This document shows positions 27,999 through 36,728 of a DNA stretch of 64,000 nt, in pieces. The stretch is taken from the sequence record PX880100.1, one strand, 5' to 3'. Each line of letters starts with the position of its first letter. Within the stretch, counting starts at the first letter, position 1. The translations under genes and the position numbers were made by a program. Source of the stretch: a phage. The notes beneath the pieces were generated by a model. That model was not told the origin of the DNA. It ran no database searches and worked only from the letters and a program-made list of their open reading frames with translations.

Positions 27999-28277
27999 AT
28001 GCGAATTTATAACTCAAATTCACTAGGATTTAAACCATTGAGAAAACGTGCACAATCACCTCGTCAAATAAGAAAGGCTAATATTGGTGAGCCAGAAACA
28101 CGTCTTCCACCCCCTCCAGAACAACGTTTAGTTTATCTGGACGAAGAATTAGCTAAACGCGAAAGAAAAGCTCAAGAAGAGATTGAGCGTAAGAAAATGT
28201 GTACTGCTCCGGCGTATAATAAAGGAGCGTATCAATATGTCTCAGATGCTGAACAAGCTAAGATGGTTGGTAGATAA
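27999..28277 (+). CDS. hypothetical protein (92 aa)
   Basis: Track ORF directly downstream of promoter and RBS. Confidence 0.5.
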   Translation: MRIYNSNSLGFKPLRKRAQSPRQIRKANIGEPETRLPPPPEQRLVYLDEELAKRERKAQEEIERKKMCTAPAYNKGAYQYVSDAEQAKMVGR

Positions 28278-28293
28278 TTTTTAAAAAATTCAT

Positions 28294-28322
28294 TTGCTAA
28301 ACGCTTCAAATTCTCGTATAAT
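28294..28322 (+). promoter_or_regulatory. PN25-type early promoter
   Basis: TTGCTA, 17-bp spacer, TATAAT, then ATACTTCATAAATTGATAAAC; approximate. Confidence 0.6.
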
Positions 28323-28360
28323 ATACTTCATAAATTGATAAACAAAAAGGAAAACAAATA

Positions 28361-28876
28361 ATGGCTAAGCAGAAAAACGCAAAAACTCAAGCAGCTCCGG
28401 CAGTTAAAACTTTCCCGCAGACTGAGGCTAATCGCAAAGCTCGTCTGGAACGTCACCTGCGTAAGCATCCTACCGATGCTCAGGCTGCTCAAGCACTGAA
28501 TAATCCGGCTCCGATTCGTCAGAAGCCTAAAGCTAAAAATGCCACCCGTAAATCCTACAAAATGGTTATGTATGTAGAAAATTACGGACACAAATCTGTC
28601 CCAGTTTCCCTGAGCTTCAACGCTGGGGCTGAATTGTTCTCTCGTAATGGTATGTCTATGAAAGACTATGAGAAGGCAGTTAACCAGAAACGTAAACCAA
28701 CAGCAGATGTATTGCGTGATACTCGTGGACAGTTTGGTTCTGTTAAGCCAAATATCTTTGGCGTAGAGTATAGTAAAGATAATGTTCGTGCTCTGTGTTA
28801 CGGTGTAGGCATTAAGTTCACGGGTGATTCTGCTCGTAAATCTGCTAAACCAGCTCGCAAGCGTAAAGCGAAGTAA
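28361..28876 (+). CDS. hypothetical basic protein (171 aa)
   Basis: Track ORF; Lys/Arg/Ala-rich, possibly nucleic-acid binding; no specific motif. Confidence 0.5.
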   Translation: MAKQKNAKTQAAPAVKTFPQTEANRKARLERHLRKHPTDAQAAQALNNPAPIRQKPKAKNATRKSYKMVMYVENYGHKSVPVSLSFNAGAELFSRNGMSMKDYEKAVNQKRKPTADVLRDTRGQFGSVKPNIFGVEYSKDNVRALCYGVGIKFTGDSARKSAKPARKRKAK

Positions 28877-28939
28877 TAGATAAATAGGGGCAGAAGCCCC
28901 TACAATCTACTAATTCTCTAACTAATCAAGGATATTTTT

Positions 28940-29155
28940 ATGTTCTCTAAGAAACCACGCTCCGTTACTGAAATCGTTGCTTCCTTTACCACTATCACTG
29001 ATGAGCTTCAAGCTCGTATTGAGGCTGATCAAAAAATTGCTGCGGATATTCAGAAACAGCAGGAAGAACTCGCTTTAAAGTTGGCTGAAACCAACAAGAG
29101 TGAAAAATCTGCCCAAACTATTATGGAAAATATCCTTAAACTGCTGGGCAAGTGA
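28940..29155 (+). CDS. hypothetical protein (71 aa)
   Basis: Track ORF followed by a terminator hairpin. Confidence 0.5.
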   Translation: MFSKKPRSVTEIVASFTTITDELQARIEADQKIAADIQKQQEELALKLAETNKSEKSAQTIMENILKLLGK

Positions 29156-29163
29156 TTTAAATC

Positions 29164-29188
29164 AGGGGGCGAAAGCCCCTCTTATTTG
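29164..29188 (+). terminator. rho-independent terminator
   Basis: AGGGGGC-GAAA-GCCCCT hairpin followed by CTTATTTGG; approximate. Confidence 0.55.
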
Positions 29189-29196
29189 GAGAAACT

Positions 29197-29433
29197 ATGC
29201 GTAATTTTGTAGCAAAGAATGATTTTAACCGTGCTAGCACTCATAAGTCCGCTAGAGATTATACACGACTTTCTAGTCATGAGGTAATGGATACCTGTTA
29301 TGAAGAGCTGGAAGGTAGCTGGAATGAGTGGCCCGACTTCTCTATGGAAGAGAACTGGGATGTCAGTGAGGATATGCTTCCTGGTTTTAAAGACCCCAAG
29401 AAGTGGGAGTCTATTAAAGAGACAGCTCTTTAA
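29197..29433 (+). CDS. hypothetical protein (78 aa)
   Basis: Track ORF, no motif. Confidence 0.45.
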   Translation: MRNFVAKNDFNRASTHKSARDYTRLSSHEVMDTCYEELEGSWNEWPDFSMEENWDVSEDMLPGFKDPKKWESIKETAL

Positions 29434-29461
29434 TAGTTTTCTACACAATAAAGGATAAGTT

Positions 29462-30163
29462 ATGAAAGTAAAACCATTTGGTATGCTAGATATTGAATCT
29501 CTGGGAACTCCAGGAGATTGTGGTACTACTCATATCGCAATGCCTTCTTTCGCTTTTGTGGCTATGCATGGAATTGATAAAGACCCTGATCTAATATTTG
29601 TTACTTTGGATGTACAAGATCAGCTTAATTCTGGTGCCAAAGTTACAGCATCTACTCTAGCATTCTGGATGGATCAAGCTAAAAATAGCCCGTCTGCTAT
29701 CCACATTATGGAAGCTATGAAGGAACGTAATCCAAAACTGATTGCCTTCCAAAATGGTAAACATCATTGCACTAATAAACTCGGCTCTAACTATGCTGCC
29801 TACTCTATGGCTAAAAATATTATGGAGTTGGCTTTAGGCGAAAATGCTTTGTATTATGGCAACGGTCCAGAGTTTGATATGACTATCTACTCTGCAAACA
29901 CGTTCCATGCTGGAACCAATGAAGAGGTAGTTCCGTGGAAATTCTGGAATTTGGGTAATGTTCGATCTCTTCGTAACCTCTGGATGCAAGCTGGATACAG
30001 TTATAAAGCTCTAGAGACCGAAGGTATTAGCTGGGCAATAGCTAAAATGGAGAAGATGGACACCATTCGTTATGGGATCTATCCGGTTAAGCACGACCCA
30101 GCATTTGATGCCTTAGTTGAAAGCTATTGTGTTGCAGCTATGATCGAAAAAATGAAAATTTGA
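29462..30163 (+). CDS. putative DEDDh-type 3'-5' exonuclease
   Basis: 233 aa; N-terminal FGMLDIESLG (exo motif I-like D-x-E) and C-terminal YPVKHDPAFDALVE (H-x4-D motif III-like); tentative. Confidence 0.4.
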   Translation: MKVKPFGMLDIESLGTPGDCGTTHIAMPSFAFVAMHGIDKDPDLIFVTLDVQDQLNSGAKVTASTLAFWMDQAKNSPSAIHIMEAMKERNPKLIAFQNGKHHCTNKLGSNYAAYSMAKNIMELALGENALYYGNGPEFDMTIYSANTFHAGTNEEVVPWKFWNLGNVRSLRNLWMQAGYSYKALETEGISWAIAKMEKMDTIRYGIYPVKHDPAFDALVESYCVAAMIEKMKI

Positions 30164-30164
30164 T

Positions 30165-30193
30165 TTGCTTCCGGCCCCAAAATTCTGTATAAT
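30165..30193 (+). promoter_or_regulatory. PN25-type early promoter
   Basis: TTGCTT, 17-bp spacer, TATAAT, then ATATTCATAAATTTGAGAAAAC; approximate. Confidence 0.6.
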
Positions 30194-30233
30194 ATATTCA
30201 TAAATTTGAGAAAACAACAAAAGGAAAACAAAT

Positions 30234-30416
30234 ATGCCAGTATCTAAAAATGTTCGTAAAAATGGTAAGAAAGCTACTCGTAATCTGGGTATCCGTCGTA
30301 TGGCTGAACGTCAATCAGGTGTCCAGAAAATCTTTGATCTGCTAAATCGTGCTAATCCTAAAATTGATAACAGTAAAGATACTGTTCTGCGTACCTTACT
30401 GGCAATGGGTCTGTAA
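30234..30416 (+). CDS. hypothetical protein (60 aa)
   Basis: Track ORF directly downstream of promoter. Confidence 0.45.
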   Translation: MPVSKNVRKNGKKATRNLGIRRMAERQSGVQKIFDLLNRANPKIDNSKDTVLRTLLAMGL

Positions 30417-30468
30417 TAGACCAACTTTAAACAAATTCAAATCTTAAACTTCATATAAGGAAGAAACA

Positions 30469-31107
30469 ATGACCACTCGTATTTCTAAAACTCGTGCTCT
30501 GGCAACCATCAAATCTCTGGAAGCTAAAATCCGTAAAGCTACTGAACAACAGCTTCTGATCGCTGTTGGTGAAGGTAAGGATAAAAACCAGGTTGTAGTT
30601 GGCGCTGCAATCGAAGTAGCTGATCTGTCTACTCGTATTAAGACTGATTTCCAGTCTCTGCTGGATATGATGTCCCAGCGCGATCGTATCAAAGCTGCTC
30701 TGATTAAAAGCAATGCGGAAACAATCGTTGAGATTGGCTCTCGTAAGATGACTGTTGCGGAAGCAATTGAAGCTAAGCGTTCTATGGAACTTAAAGCTCA
30801 ACTGCTGGCTAACATGCGTAAGCAGTTCCATGCCGCTACAGTTAAGTTTAATGCGCAGAAAGCACAGTTTGATGCTAAATATGAGCGTTTGCAGGATAGC
30901 ATGGCTACCCGCGATAAGAAAACTTCCGAAGATGAAGTTAAAATGCAGCTCAACCTGCTGGAACTCAAGAATACTCCATTCTTGATTGATCCGCTGGAAC
31001 TGGAGAAGCTGATTAAGCAGCATGACGAGGAATACCAGGACTTTGCAACAAATGTTGACTTTGTTCTGTCCGAGTCTAACGCCTCTACCTTCATTGAAGT
31101 AGAGTAA
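30469..31107 (+). CDS. hypothetical coiled-coil protein (212 aa)
   Basis: Track ORF; Ala/Glu/Lys-rich helical sequence. Confidence 0.5.
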   Translation: MTTRISKTRALATIKSLEAKIRKATEQQLLIAVGEGKDKNQVVVGAAIEVADLSTRIKTDFQSLLDMMSQRDRIKAALIKSNAETIVEIGSRKMTVAEAIEAKRSMELKAQLLANMRKQFHAATVKFNAQKAQFDAKYERLQDSMATRDKKTSEDEVKMQLNLLELKNTPFLIDPLELEKLIKQHDEEYQDFATNVDFVLSESNASTFIEVE

Positions 31108-31490
31108 TAATTTAAAAGCTAGTAAATCGGTAGACGAAAGCCCAAGCATCTTACCTCGCAGCAGCGGTTGAAATACGAGGTTAAATAAGACCGCTGACCA
31201 TACTATAAAGTATAATCTATTGGAGATTATGTTTATTACACCAGCCTTTTAAGCTGACACGTAAGAACAAAGCGTCGTTGATATTACCGACACAACTTCA
31301 AAGATCAACATTTAAGTATGAAAGCTGAAAAGTTTAAAGAACTCAAACTTCTAAACTTCTAAAGCTAAAAGATGCAAAGTATTCGTTGATGATTCAAACC
31401 CTAGATCAAAGGTACATGGCTCATAAGATATGGCCTGTGGCGCCTCTAGGCTGTTTATCGGTTTACTAGTTTCACAATTTAAAAATGTAT

Positions 31491-31519
31491 TTGCTAATTT
31501 ATTAAGTTATCTGTATAAT
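31491..31519 (+). promoter_or_regulatory. early promoter
   Basis: TTGCTA, 17-bp spacer, TATAAT; approximate. Confidence 0.55.
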
Positions 31520-31549
31520 ATATTTTTAAATTGATGAAACGAGGCTATT

Positions 31550-31867
31550 ATGACTTTTCATATTTTGATTGATGATGTGCGTAATCTTCACGGAATGGAC
31601 ATTATCATTCGAACCCCAGAAGCCGCTGTAGAGTTTCTGAATAAAACTGATACCACCGGCCATTTCGTTTATATGGATAATGACTTGGCTGTAGATGGTA
31701 TGGAAGGTTATCAAATTCTTCGTTTACTCTTAGAATTTGGGCAGAGACCAAAGAAAGTGGTACTAGTAACCTCGAACCCAGTAGCTAAGCAAAATATGCG
31801 TAATGATTTGCTTGACTTAGGGTATAAAGAAAATCCCAATCGTGTTGAATATGATTGGCAGGAGTAA
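31550..31867 (+). CDS. hypothetical protein (105 aa)
   Basis: Track ORF downstream of promoter. Confidence 0.5.
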   Translation: MTFHILIDDVRNLHGMDIIIRTPEAAVEFLNKTDTTGHFVYMDNDLAVDGMEGYQILRLLLEFGQRPKKVVLVTSNPVAKQNMRNDLLDLGYKENPNRVEYDWQE

Positions 31868-31872
31868 AAAGA

Positions 31873-32322
31873 ATGAAGGCAGCTTTGCTTTTAGTAGCTG
31901 CCCTTACCTTCAGCTTTAGTAGTCAGGCATCGCACGATGCAAAAGAAATAGATTGCATTGCTAAAAATATCTATTTCGAAAGTCGTGGTGAGGGCATAAA
32001 GGGAATGACGGCGATTGCACATGTTACTAAAAACCGTGTAAACTCCGGTAAATTCCCAGATTCCTACTGTAAAGTAGTATATCAGTCTAACCAGTTCTCT
32101 TGGGTATCTAAGAGACCAAAAGTTGATAAAACTGATGAGGCTTGGCAAACCGCTAAGAATTTAGCTAGAGTGATATACTACGTTGATTTACCACAAGATC
32201 CTACATATGGAGCACTTTACTTCCATAGTGGTAAAGATAAACCTTACTGGACAAAGAAGTTTAAGAAAACAACTAAGATTAAGGGACATACGTTTTATAA
32301 ACCTGTTGTCACTAAAACTTAA
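31873..32322 (+). CDS. secreted SleB/CwlJ-like cell-wall hydrolase
   Basis: ATG at 31873 with GGAG RBS; signal peptide MKAALLLVAALTFSFSSQA; conserved segment IAKNIYFESRGEGIKGMTAIAHVTKNRVNSGKFPDSYCKVVYQSNQFSW. Confidence 0.6.
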   Translation: MKAALLLVAALTFSFSSQASHDAKEIDCIAKNIYFESRGEGIKGMTAIAHVTKNRVNSGKFPDSYCKVVYQSNQFSWVSKRPKVDKTDEAWQTAKNLARVIYYVDLPQDPTYGALYFHSGKDKPYWTKKFKKTTKIKGHTFYKPVVTKT

Positions 32323-32330
32323 AAATTTAC

Positions 32331-32359
32331 TTGCTTAAATACTTAAATTTCCGTATAAT
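32331..32359 (+). promoter_or_regulatory. early promoter
   Basis: TTGCTT, 17-bp spacer, TATAAT; approximate. Confidence 0.55.
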
Positions 32360-32390
32360 ACTTCCATAAATTAATGAGAGGAAGCGAAAT

Positions 32391-32561
32391 ATGAAATCAG
32401 TTGTAATTATTGGTGTTAACACTCGCGGTATTCGTACTACGAAAACTGTTAAAACTTCCAACGTTGCTGAGATCACTACGAACCCTAAAAAGTTTGATTT
32501 CGCCAAAGTCTCAGCAGTTATGACAGAACAATCTTTTAACCAAGCGTTAGGAATGAAATAA
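32391..32561 (+). CDS. hypothetical small protein (56 aa, below track cutoff)
   Basis: ATG at 32391 with GAGAGGAAG RBS after the promoter; stop overlaps ATG of next gene (TAATG). Confidence 0.5.
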   Translation: MKSVVIIGVNTRGIRTTKTVKTSNVAEITTNPKKFDFAKVSAVMTEQSFNQALGMK

Positions 32562-33004
32562 TGGAAGAGAATATTTTAGATGTTTTGCGTAGAGCTTTGC
32601 AGGATTCTAAGTTTAATGGTTCTGATAAAGAAGTCGCTAAAAGCTATCAGACCATAATCGGGGATCTTCAGCGTATTGATAAAGATTTCATCACTTCTGA
32701 ACAATTTGTGTCTTATCTCAAAGCTCAACTAAAAAGCATTAACCAGATGAAAGCTAAACTTCATGGTCAAGATCTTGATAGTTATAGCTTGCAGTCCGCT
32801 CAGTATGAATACATTCTAAATAAGTGGTTGCAGGAGTATCTGCCTCCTCAGTTATCTGATACTGAGATTCGTAAATACTTTGCAGAATTAGTTAAGCTAA
32901 ACCCTGGAATTACAAAAGGTATGCTGATGAAAGCGATTAAGGAAGAATTTCCTGGGCGTTATGATGGTGGTACTGCTGCTCAGATTGCTGGCGAATTTAA
33001 TTAA
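32561..33004 (+). CDS. hypothetical protein (147 aa)
   Basis: Track ORF; translationally coupled to the upstream small ORF. Confidence 0.5.
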   Translation: MEENILDVLRRALQDSKFNGSDKEVAKSYQTIIGDLQRIDKDFITSEQFVSYLKAQLKSINQMKAKLHGQDLDSYSLQSAQYEYILNKWLQEYLPPQLSDTEIRKYFAELVKLNPGITKGMLMKAIKEEFPGRYDGGTAAQIAGEFN

Positions 33005-33012
33005 AAATTTAT

Positions 33013-33041
33013 TTGCTAAATGCTTATAAATTCTGTATAAT
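33013..33041 (+). promoter_or_regulatory. PN25-type early promoter feeding an ORF-free RNA region
   Basis: TTGCTA, 17-bp spacer, TATAAT, ATATTCATAAATTAGAGAAC; no ORF for the next ~800 bp; approximate. Confidence 0.6.
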
Positions 33042-33264
33042 ATATTCATAAATTAGAGAACAGCGAGCCGATTACGCTGAGTGCAGAATCCCAACCGGAG
33101 CGCATTGAATAGAGTCGGTGGGTTAGTTGTAAAACTAGTACACAGGGGGCGGCAATCCCGGTTAGTGGCTAGAACGTGTAAAATGAGGCGTCTGAAACCT
33201 CTCCCCTAAACTCTTCTCTAATTTATAAATAGTGGGGTGTGGAAATCACTTATGTAGTAACACT

Positions 33265-33336
33265 GCCGTCCTAGTATAATTGGTATTATCAAGCCGTAAC
33301 TGGTGGAAGATGTAGGTTCGAATCCTACGGTCGGTA
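33265..33336 (+). ncRNA. tRNA-like element (T-arm and acceptor stem present, anticodon arm not foldable by eye)
   Basis: GTAGG-TTCGAAT-CCTAC T-arm and GCCGTCC/GGTCGGT acceptor pairing (one mismatch); no convincing anticodon stem; possible pseudo-tRNA. Confidence 0.3.
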
Positions 33337-33838
33337 AGAACTGGATAACTGATGCTTTTAACGTAAAAGCTTCCGAGGTTAGTTGCGCACTGCCTAAACC
33401 ACGCGGTAGTTGGTTCCAGACTAACCAACCAGTCTGCTGAATAGTTTTATTACGATTTAACTATGTCCAGGCTAAAGAAGAACTTTAGAAGGTATTCTAG
33501 GATAGTGAAGTTCTTTCTCCACATCGGAGTAGTTTTTCAAGCTATCCACAAAGTGGGAAATGCTGACATGAGAGATGTCACTAATGGTGCACAATAGCAC
33601 AGGTAATTCGCGATAATTCCTGTTGAGTAGCAGCAAAAGGCGGGAAGTCATGACCCCAAGCCTAACCGAGTCCTCAATATACCGCAGGACATAACCACTA
33701 AGTCACCCTGACTTAAACTGGAAAATAATAGACGTTACTGTATTTTGTCTTGAAATACTTAATGAGTGAGACTTATGACTCTCCCGGTATCGTCTGTATT
33801 TTTAAGAGTTTTTACGAGAGTTCTTAAAAATACTTAAA

Positions 33839-33913
33839 CGGGGTGTAGTCTAAGGGAGAGGCAGGAGTCTTCTAAATTCCTTTATGCAGGTTCGAATCCT
33901 GTCACCTCGGCCA
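33839..33913 (+). tRNA. tRNA-Arg (anticodon UCU)
   Basis: Acceptor CGGGGTG/CACCTCG, D-arm GTCT..AGGC, anticodon arm GGAGT-CTTCTAA-ATTCC, T-arm GCAGG-TTCGAAT-CCTGT, encoded CCA. Confidence 0.7.
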
Positions 33914-33947
33914 ATTTTATTAACTGTAACTAAAACAAAGGAAATAT

Positions 33948-34895
33948 ATGTTTAATACTAAAAATATGAAAGAACTGACTTCTGAGCAGAAAGTAATTCG
34001 TACTATTAAACGTTGGGGGATTGGTGCTGTAGTTGGTTTAGCAGGTTTAGTTCTAGCTCTTAACTCCTATACCGTTGTTCAAGACGGTACTGTTAAGACC
34101 CAGACTTTCTTGGGTAAAGTTGATCCTAATCCAGTATTACCTGGTTTCCATGTTGTAAATCCTTTTGCTTCTTTTGATACTTTTAGTACTAAAGATATTG
34201 CTCTAAAATTAGATAAACTTCAGGTTCCTAGTCAGGATAAGTTTAAATCCACTGTTGACCTGACTGTTATGTTGCAGTTTGATGGTTCTAAAGCACCGAT
34301 TAACCGTATTAATGCAGGTAATCAGGATCAAGCGTTAGACAAATATGTAACTGAAAAATTACTGTCTACTATTCGTGAGTTTGGTAAGTCTGTACCTAAA
34401 GCACAAGATTTATTTGATGCTAAAATTCAGGCTCAATTGCAAACTGCAATTCAACAGGAAGTTGAAGAGTATGCACGCCCATATGGTTACACAGTTAAGC
34501 AGGTGTTCCTTCAGGATATTACTTTGCCACCGGTAATCATGGAACAGGTACAGAATACCAAAGTTCGTGAAGAACAGGTTAATGCTGCTAAAGCTGAATT
34601 AGCTCGTGTTGAACAGGAAGCACAGCAAAAAGTTAAACAAGCAGAAGCAGATCGTGAAGCTCGCAACAACCAAGCTATTGCTAATGAACGTGACGCAGAT
34701 GCTAAACTGTACGCAGCTAAGAAAGAAGCTGAAGCTAACGCCGCATTGCAACGTACCATTACTCCTGAGATGATTCGCTGGAAGCAACTGGAAGTTGAAA
34801 TGATCCGTGCTCAGAAGTATCAAGGTGGTGTACCACAGACGGTAGTTGGTACTGGTTATGATGGCCAAATGATCATGGATATGCGTAATAAATAA
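33948..34895 (+). CDS. SPFH/band-7 (prohibitin/HflC-like) membrane protein
   Basis: 315 aa; N-terminal TM helix (WGIGAVVGLAGLVLALN), central SPFH-like region, C-terminal coiled coil rich in A/E/Q/K/R. Confidence 0.6.
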   Translation: MFNTKNMKELTSEQKVIRTIKRWGIGAVVGLAGLVLALNSYTVVQDGTVKTQTFLGKVDPNPVLPGFHVVNPFASFDTFSTKDIALKLDKLQVPSQDKFKSTVDLTVMLQFDGSKAPINRINAGNQDQALDKYVTEKLLSTIREFGKSVPKAQDLFDAKIQAQLQTAIQQEVEEYARPYGYTVKQVFLQDITLPPVIMEQVQNTKVREEQVNAAKAELARVEQEAQQKVKQAEADREARNNQAIANERDADAKLYAAKKEAEANAALQRTITPEMIRWKQLEVEMIRAQKYQGGVPQTVVGTGYDGQMIMDMRNK

Positions 34896-34919
34896 TACCC
34901 GCATGTAACATCTGAAGTA

Positions 34920-34954
34920 AGCCCTGCGTTTCCTGGAGAGCGCAGGGCTTTTCT
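34920..34954 (+). terminator. rho-independent terminator
   Basis: AGCCCTGCG...CGCAGGGCT hairpin followed by TTTCT; approximate. Confidence 0.6.
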
Positions 34955-34991
34955 ATATAATGTAATTATAAAACTAACTAGGAGATTAAAC

Positions 34992-35510
34992 ATGGGTGTT
35001 GATGAATTAACACAGCATCTTCTATCTAGAGGATTTGATGCAGATAAATATCATTGCTGGTTAAGTCCGGAAGGATGGCTAACAGTCCCGTTGTATGATT
35101 TCTCTGGGATGTTGAGGGGCTATCAAACTTATAATCCTTCTGCTCCAAAAGGTCATGGTAAGTATCCCTTTGAAGCTAAATATTTTACCTATTCTACTAC
35201 CCAGTGTGTATGGGGATTAGAAACTCTCAATGGAGATGAAAAAGTAGTATTGATCGCTGAATCTGTATTTAAGGCAGTTGCGTTACATAACGCTGGTTAT
35301 CCAGCCCTAGCAATGTTGGGTTCTTCTCCAGGAAAAGCGTTATTAAAGCAACTGAAATTATTACCTTTTAAATTGGTAGCTGTCGGGGATAACGATCCTG
35401 CGGGTGAAAAATTTGCTAGAAAATTAAACGGCTTTGTTTCTCCTGTAGATGTGGATGAGATGTCTACCGAAAACTTGAAAAATTTTCTTGCTATGAAGCT
35501 AAATTTCTAA
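34992..35510 (+). CDS. hypothetical protein (172 aa)
   Basis: Track ORF with GGAGA RBS. Confidence 0.5.
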   Translation: MGVDELTQHLLSRGFDADKYHCWLSPEGWLTVPLYDFSGMLRGYQTYNPSAPKGHGKYPFEAKYFTYSTTQCVWGLETLNGDEKVVLIAESVFKAVALHNAGYPALAMLGSSPGKALLKQLKLLPFKLVAVGDNDPAGEKFARKLNGFVSPVDVDEMSTENLKNFLAMKLNF

Positions 35511-35531
35511 TATAATATATCTTATAAATTC

Positions 35532-35620
35532 GGAAGAATAGCATAACGGTATTGCAGCAGATTGCTAATCTGTCGGTTTGAAATATAGCCTTGTGGGTTC
35601 GATTCCCACTTCTTCCGCCA
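35532..35620 (+). tRNA. tRNA-Ser (anticodon GCU), class II
   Basis: Acceptor GGAAGAA/TTCTTCC, 3-bp D-stem, anticodon arm GCAGA-TTGCTAA-TCTGT, long variable arm, T-arm GTGGG-TTCGATT-CCCAC, encoded CCA. Confidence 0.7.
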
Positions 35621-35626
35621 AATTCT

Positions 35627-35704
35627 GGTTCTCAAGCTCATATGGTATGAGCACCCAGCTCATAACTGGAAGGTACGTAGGTTCGAATCCTCGGGGAGCC
35701 ACCA
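35627..35704 (+). tRNA. tRNA with CAU anticodon (Met or Ile2 type)
   Basis: Acceptor GGTTCTC/GGGAGCC with G-U pairs, D-arm GCTC..GAGC, anticodon loop CTCATAA, encoded CCA; T-stem has two mismatches, so fold is uncertain. Confidence 0.5.
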
Positions 35705-35922
35705 ACTTAATTAGGGGATTACAAGTGGAATTATACATAGTTTATGTTGTGTTTATTCAAGATAGAGAATACCCTGATGAATATAAAAAAGGATATAGGT
35801 TAGCCAGAGCTACCTCTGAAGTCCAAGCTATGGATAAAGTGGCAGATTATATGATTACGGTAGAAAACGTACACTATATCGACTACCTTGAGGCCTCAAA
35901 AGTAATTGACTAAGGAGACTAT

Positions 35923-36108
35923 ATGTCCAAGTTTCAAGAACTCAAGCAAGAGCTAGAAGAATGTGCCTGCCCTGAGTGTAGGGGAATTGGTGAAAGTTCT
36001 GATGCAGAAGCAGGAGATACTTTTTGCAATATCTGGGTTTGCCCAAATTGCAATGGTACAGGTATTAATCCTAACTGTGGTATTTCTCTAGATATTGAAA
36101 GAGGGTAA
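35923..36108 (+). CDS. small zinc-ribbon-like protein (61 aa)
   Basis: Track ORF; CxxC...CxxC cysteine pairs (CACPECRG, CPNCNG); AAGGAG RBS. Confidence 0.5.
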   Translation: MSKFQELKQELEECACPECRGIGESSDAEAGDTFCNIWVCPNCNGTGINPNCGISLDIERG

Positions 36109-36209
36109 TATCTGTGAAACTAAAAGATTATTATATTGGTTGGTTTGTGGGACTAGTAGTAGGATTTTCACTAGGCTATAATATGTATCAACTAATAAAC
36201 TGATTACAC

Positions 36210-36286
36210 GGGGGTGTAATCGAATTGGCATAGGTACTGGACTTAAAATTCAGGTTTTGTGGGTTCGAATCCCACCACCCCTACCA
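36210..36286 (+). tRNA. tRNA with UAA anticodon (Leu-type anticodon, short variable arm)
   Basis: Acceptor GGGGGTG/CACCCCT, anticodon arm CTGGA-CTTAAAA-TTCAG, T-arm GTGGG-TTCGAAT-CCCAC, encoded CCA; D-arm not cleanly resolved. Confidence 0.5.
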
Positions 36287-36301
36287 AATTAAGGAAATAA
36301 G

Positions 36302-36469
36302 ATGTATAGACCTCCACCTCCGCCAACACGTCGTTCTAGAGAAGTTATCCTCATGGAATTGACTAAAAACTTCAAGGCAACTCTTGAAGATAGAGATTTA
36401 GGCACGGATGAAGACATTGATTTTATTTGTAGACTATTAAAGATGAAACTGGAGAAACAACATGGCTAA
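36302..36469 (+). CDS. hypothetical small protein (55 aa, below track cutoff)
   Basis: ATG at 36302 with AAGGAAATAAG RBS right after the tRNA; proline-rich N-terminus; overlaps the next ORF start. Confidence 0.5.
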   Translation: MYRPPPPPTRRSREVILMELTKNFKATLEDRDLGTDEDIDFICRLLKMKLEKQHG

Positions 36470-36668
36470 TCCTGAAATTACCGCACAACGTTTCATGCTT
36501 AAAGGCATGATTGCTGAAGCAGGTATGACTCAAGAGGTTGCAGACTTTCATAAGCAAATTCTTGATATTATAACTCTAGCTAAAGAGACTGGAGAAAAAG
36601 AGCACGCAGCAGCAATTATGGCTATATCTCTTATTAGTCTAGACTTGGCTGAAGAATCTGGAGTTTAG
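36462..36668 (+). CDS. hypothetical protein (68 aa)
   Basis: Track ORF. Confidence 0.5.
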   Translation: MANPEITAQRFMLKGMIAEAGMTQEVADFHKQILDIITLAKETGEKEHAAAIMAISLISLDLAEESGV

Positions 36669-36698
36669 CTCCTCCAAATAGAATTTTTAAAAATGTAC

Positions 36699-36728
36699 TT
36701 GCCTTTTGCTTTAAATTTCTGATATAAT
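36699..36728 (+). promoter_or_regulatory. early promoter
   Basis: TTGCCT, 18-bp spacer, TATAAT, then AGTTATATAAATTGATGAAGGAG; approximate. Confidence 0.55.

Noticed and set aside
28886-28901. Rho-independent terminator after ORF 28361..28876 (AGGGGC-AGAA-GCCCCT)
   Set aside because: The hairpin is clear but is not followed by a U-rich tract, so it may be a stabilising or processing hairpin rather than a terminator; not listed as a feature.
30451-31149. 232-aa reverse-strand ORF plus 30444..30713, 30755..30985 and 30798..31094 overlapping gene 30469..31107
   Set aside because: All overlap the co-oriented, promoter/RBS-equipped coiled-coil gene; products are Ser/Leu-rich low-complexity; classic antisense shadow frames of a biased-composition gene.
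33246-33428. 60-aa reverse-strand ORF in the ORF-free RNA region
   Set aside because: Overlaps the tRNA-like element and hairpins, no RBS, opposite to local transcription direction.
35578-35913. Track ORF of 111 aa overlapping tRNA-Ser and the CAU tRNA
   Set aside because: Its 5' two-thirds coincide with two well-folded tRNAs on the same strand; at most a short 3' portion (from about 35724) could be coding, which I did not list for lack of support.
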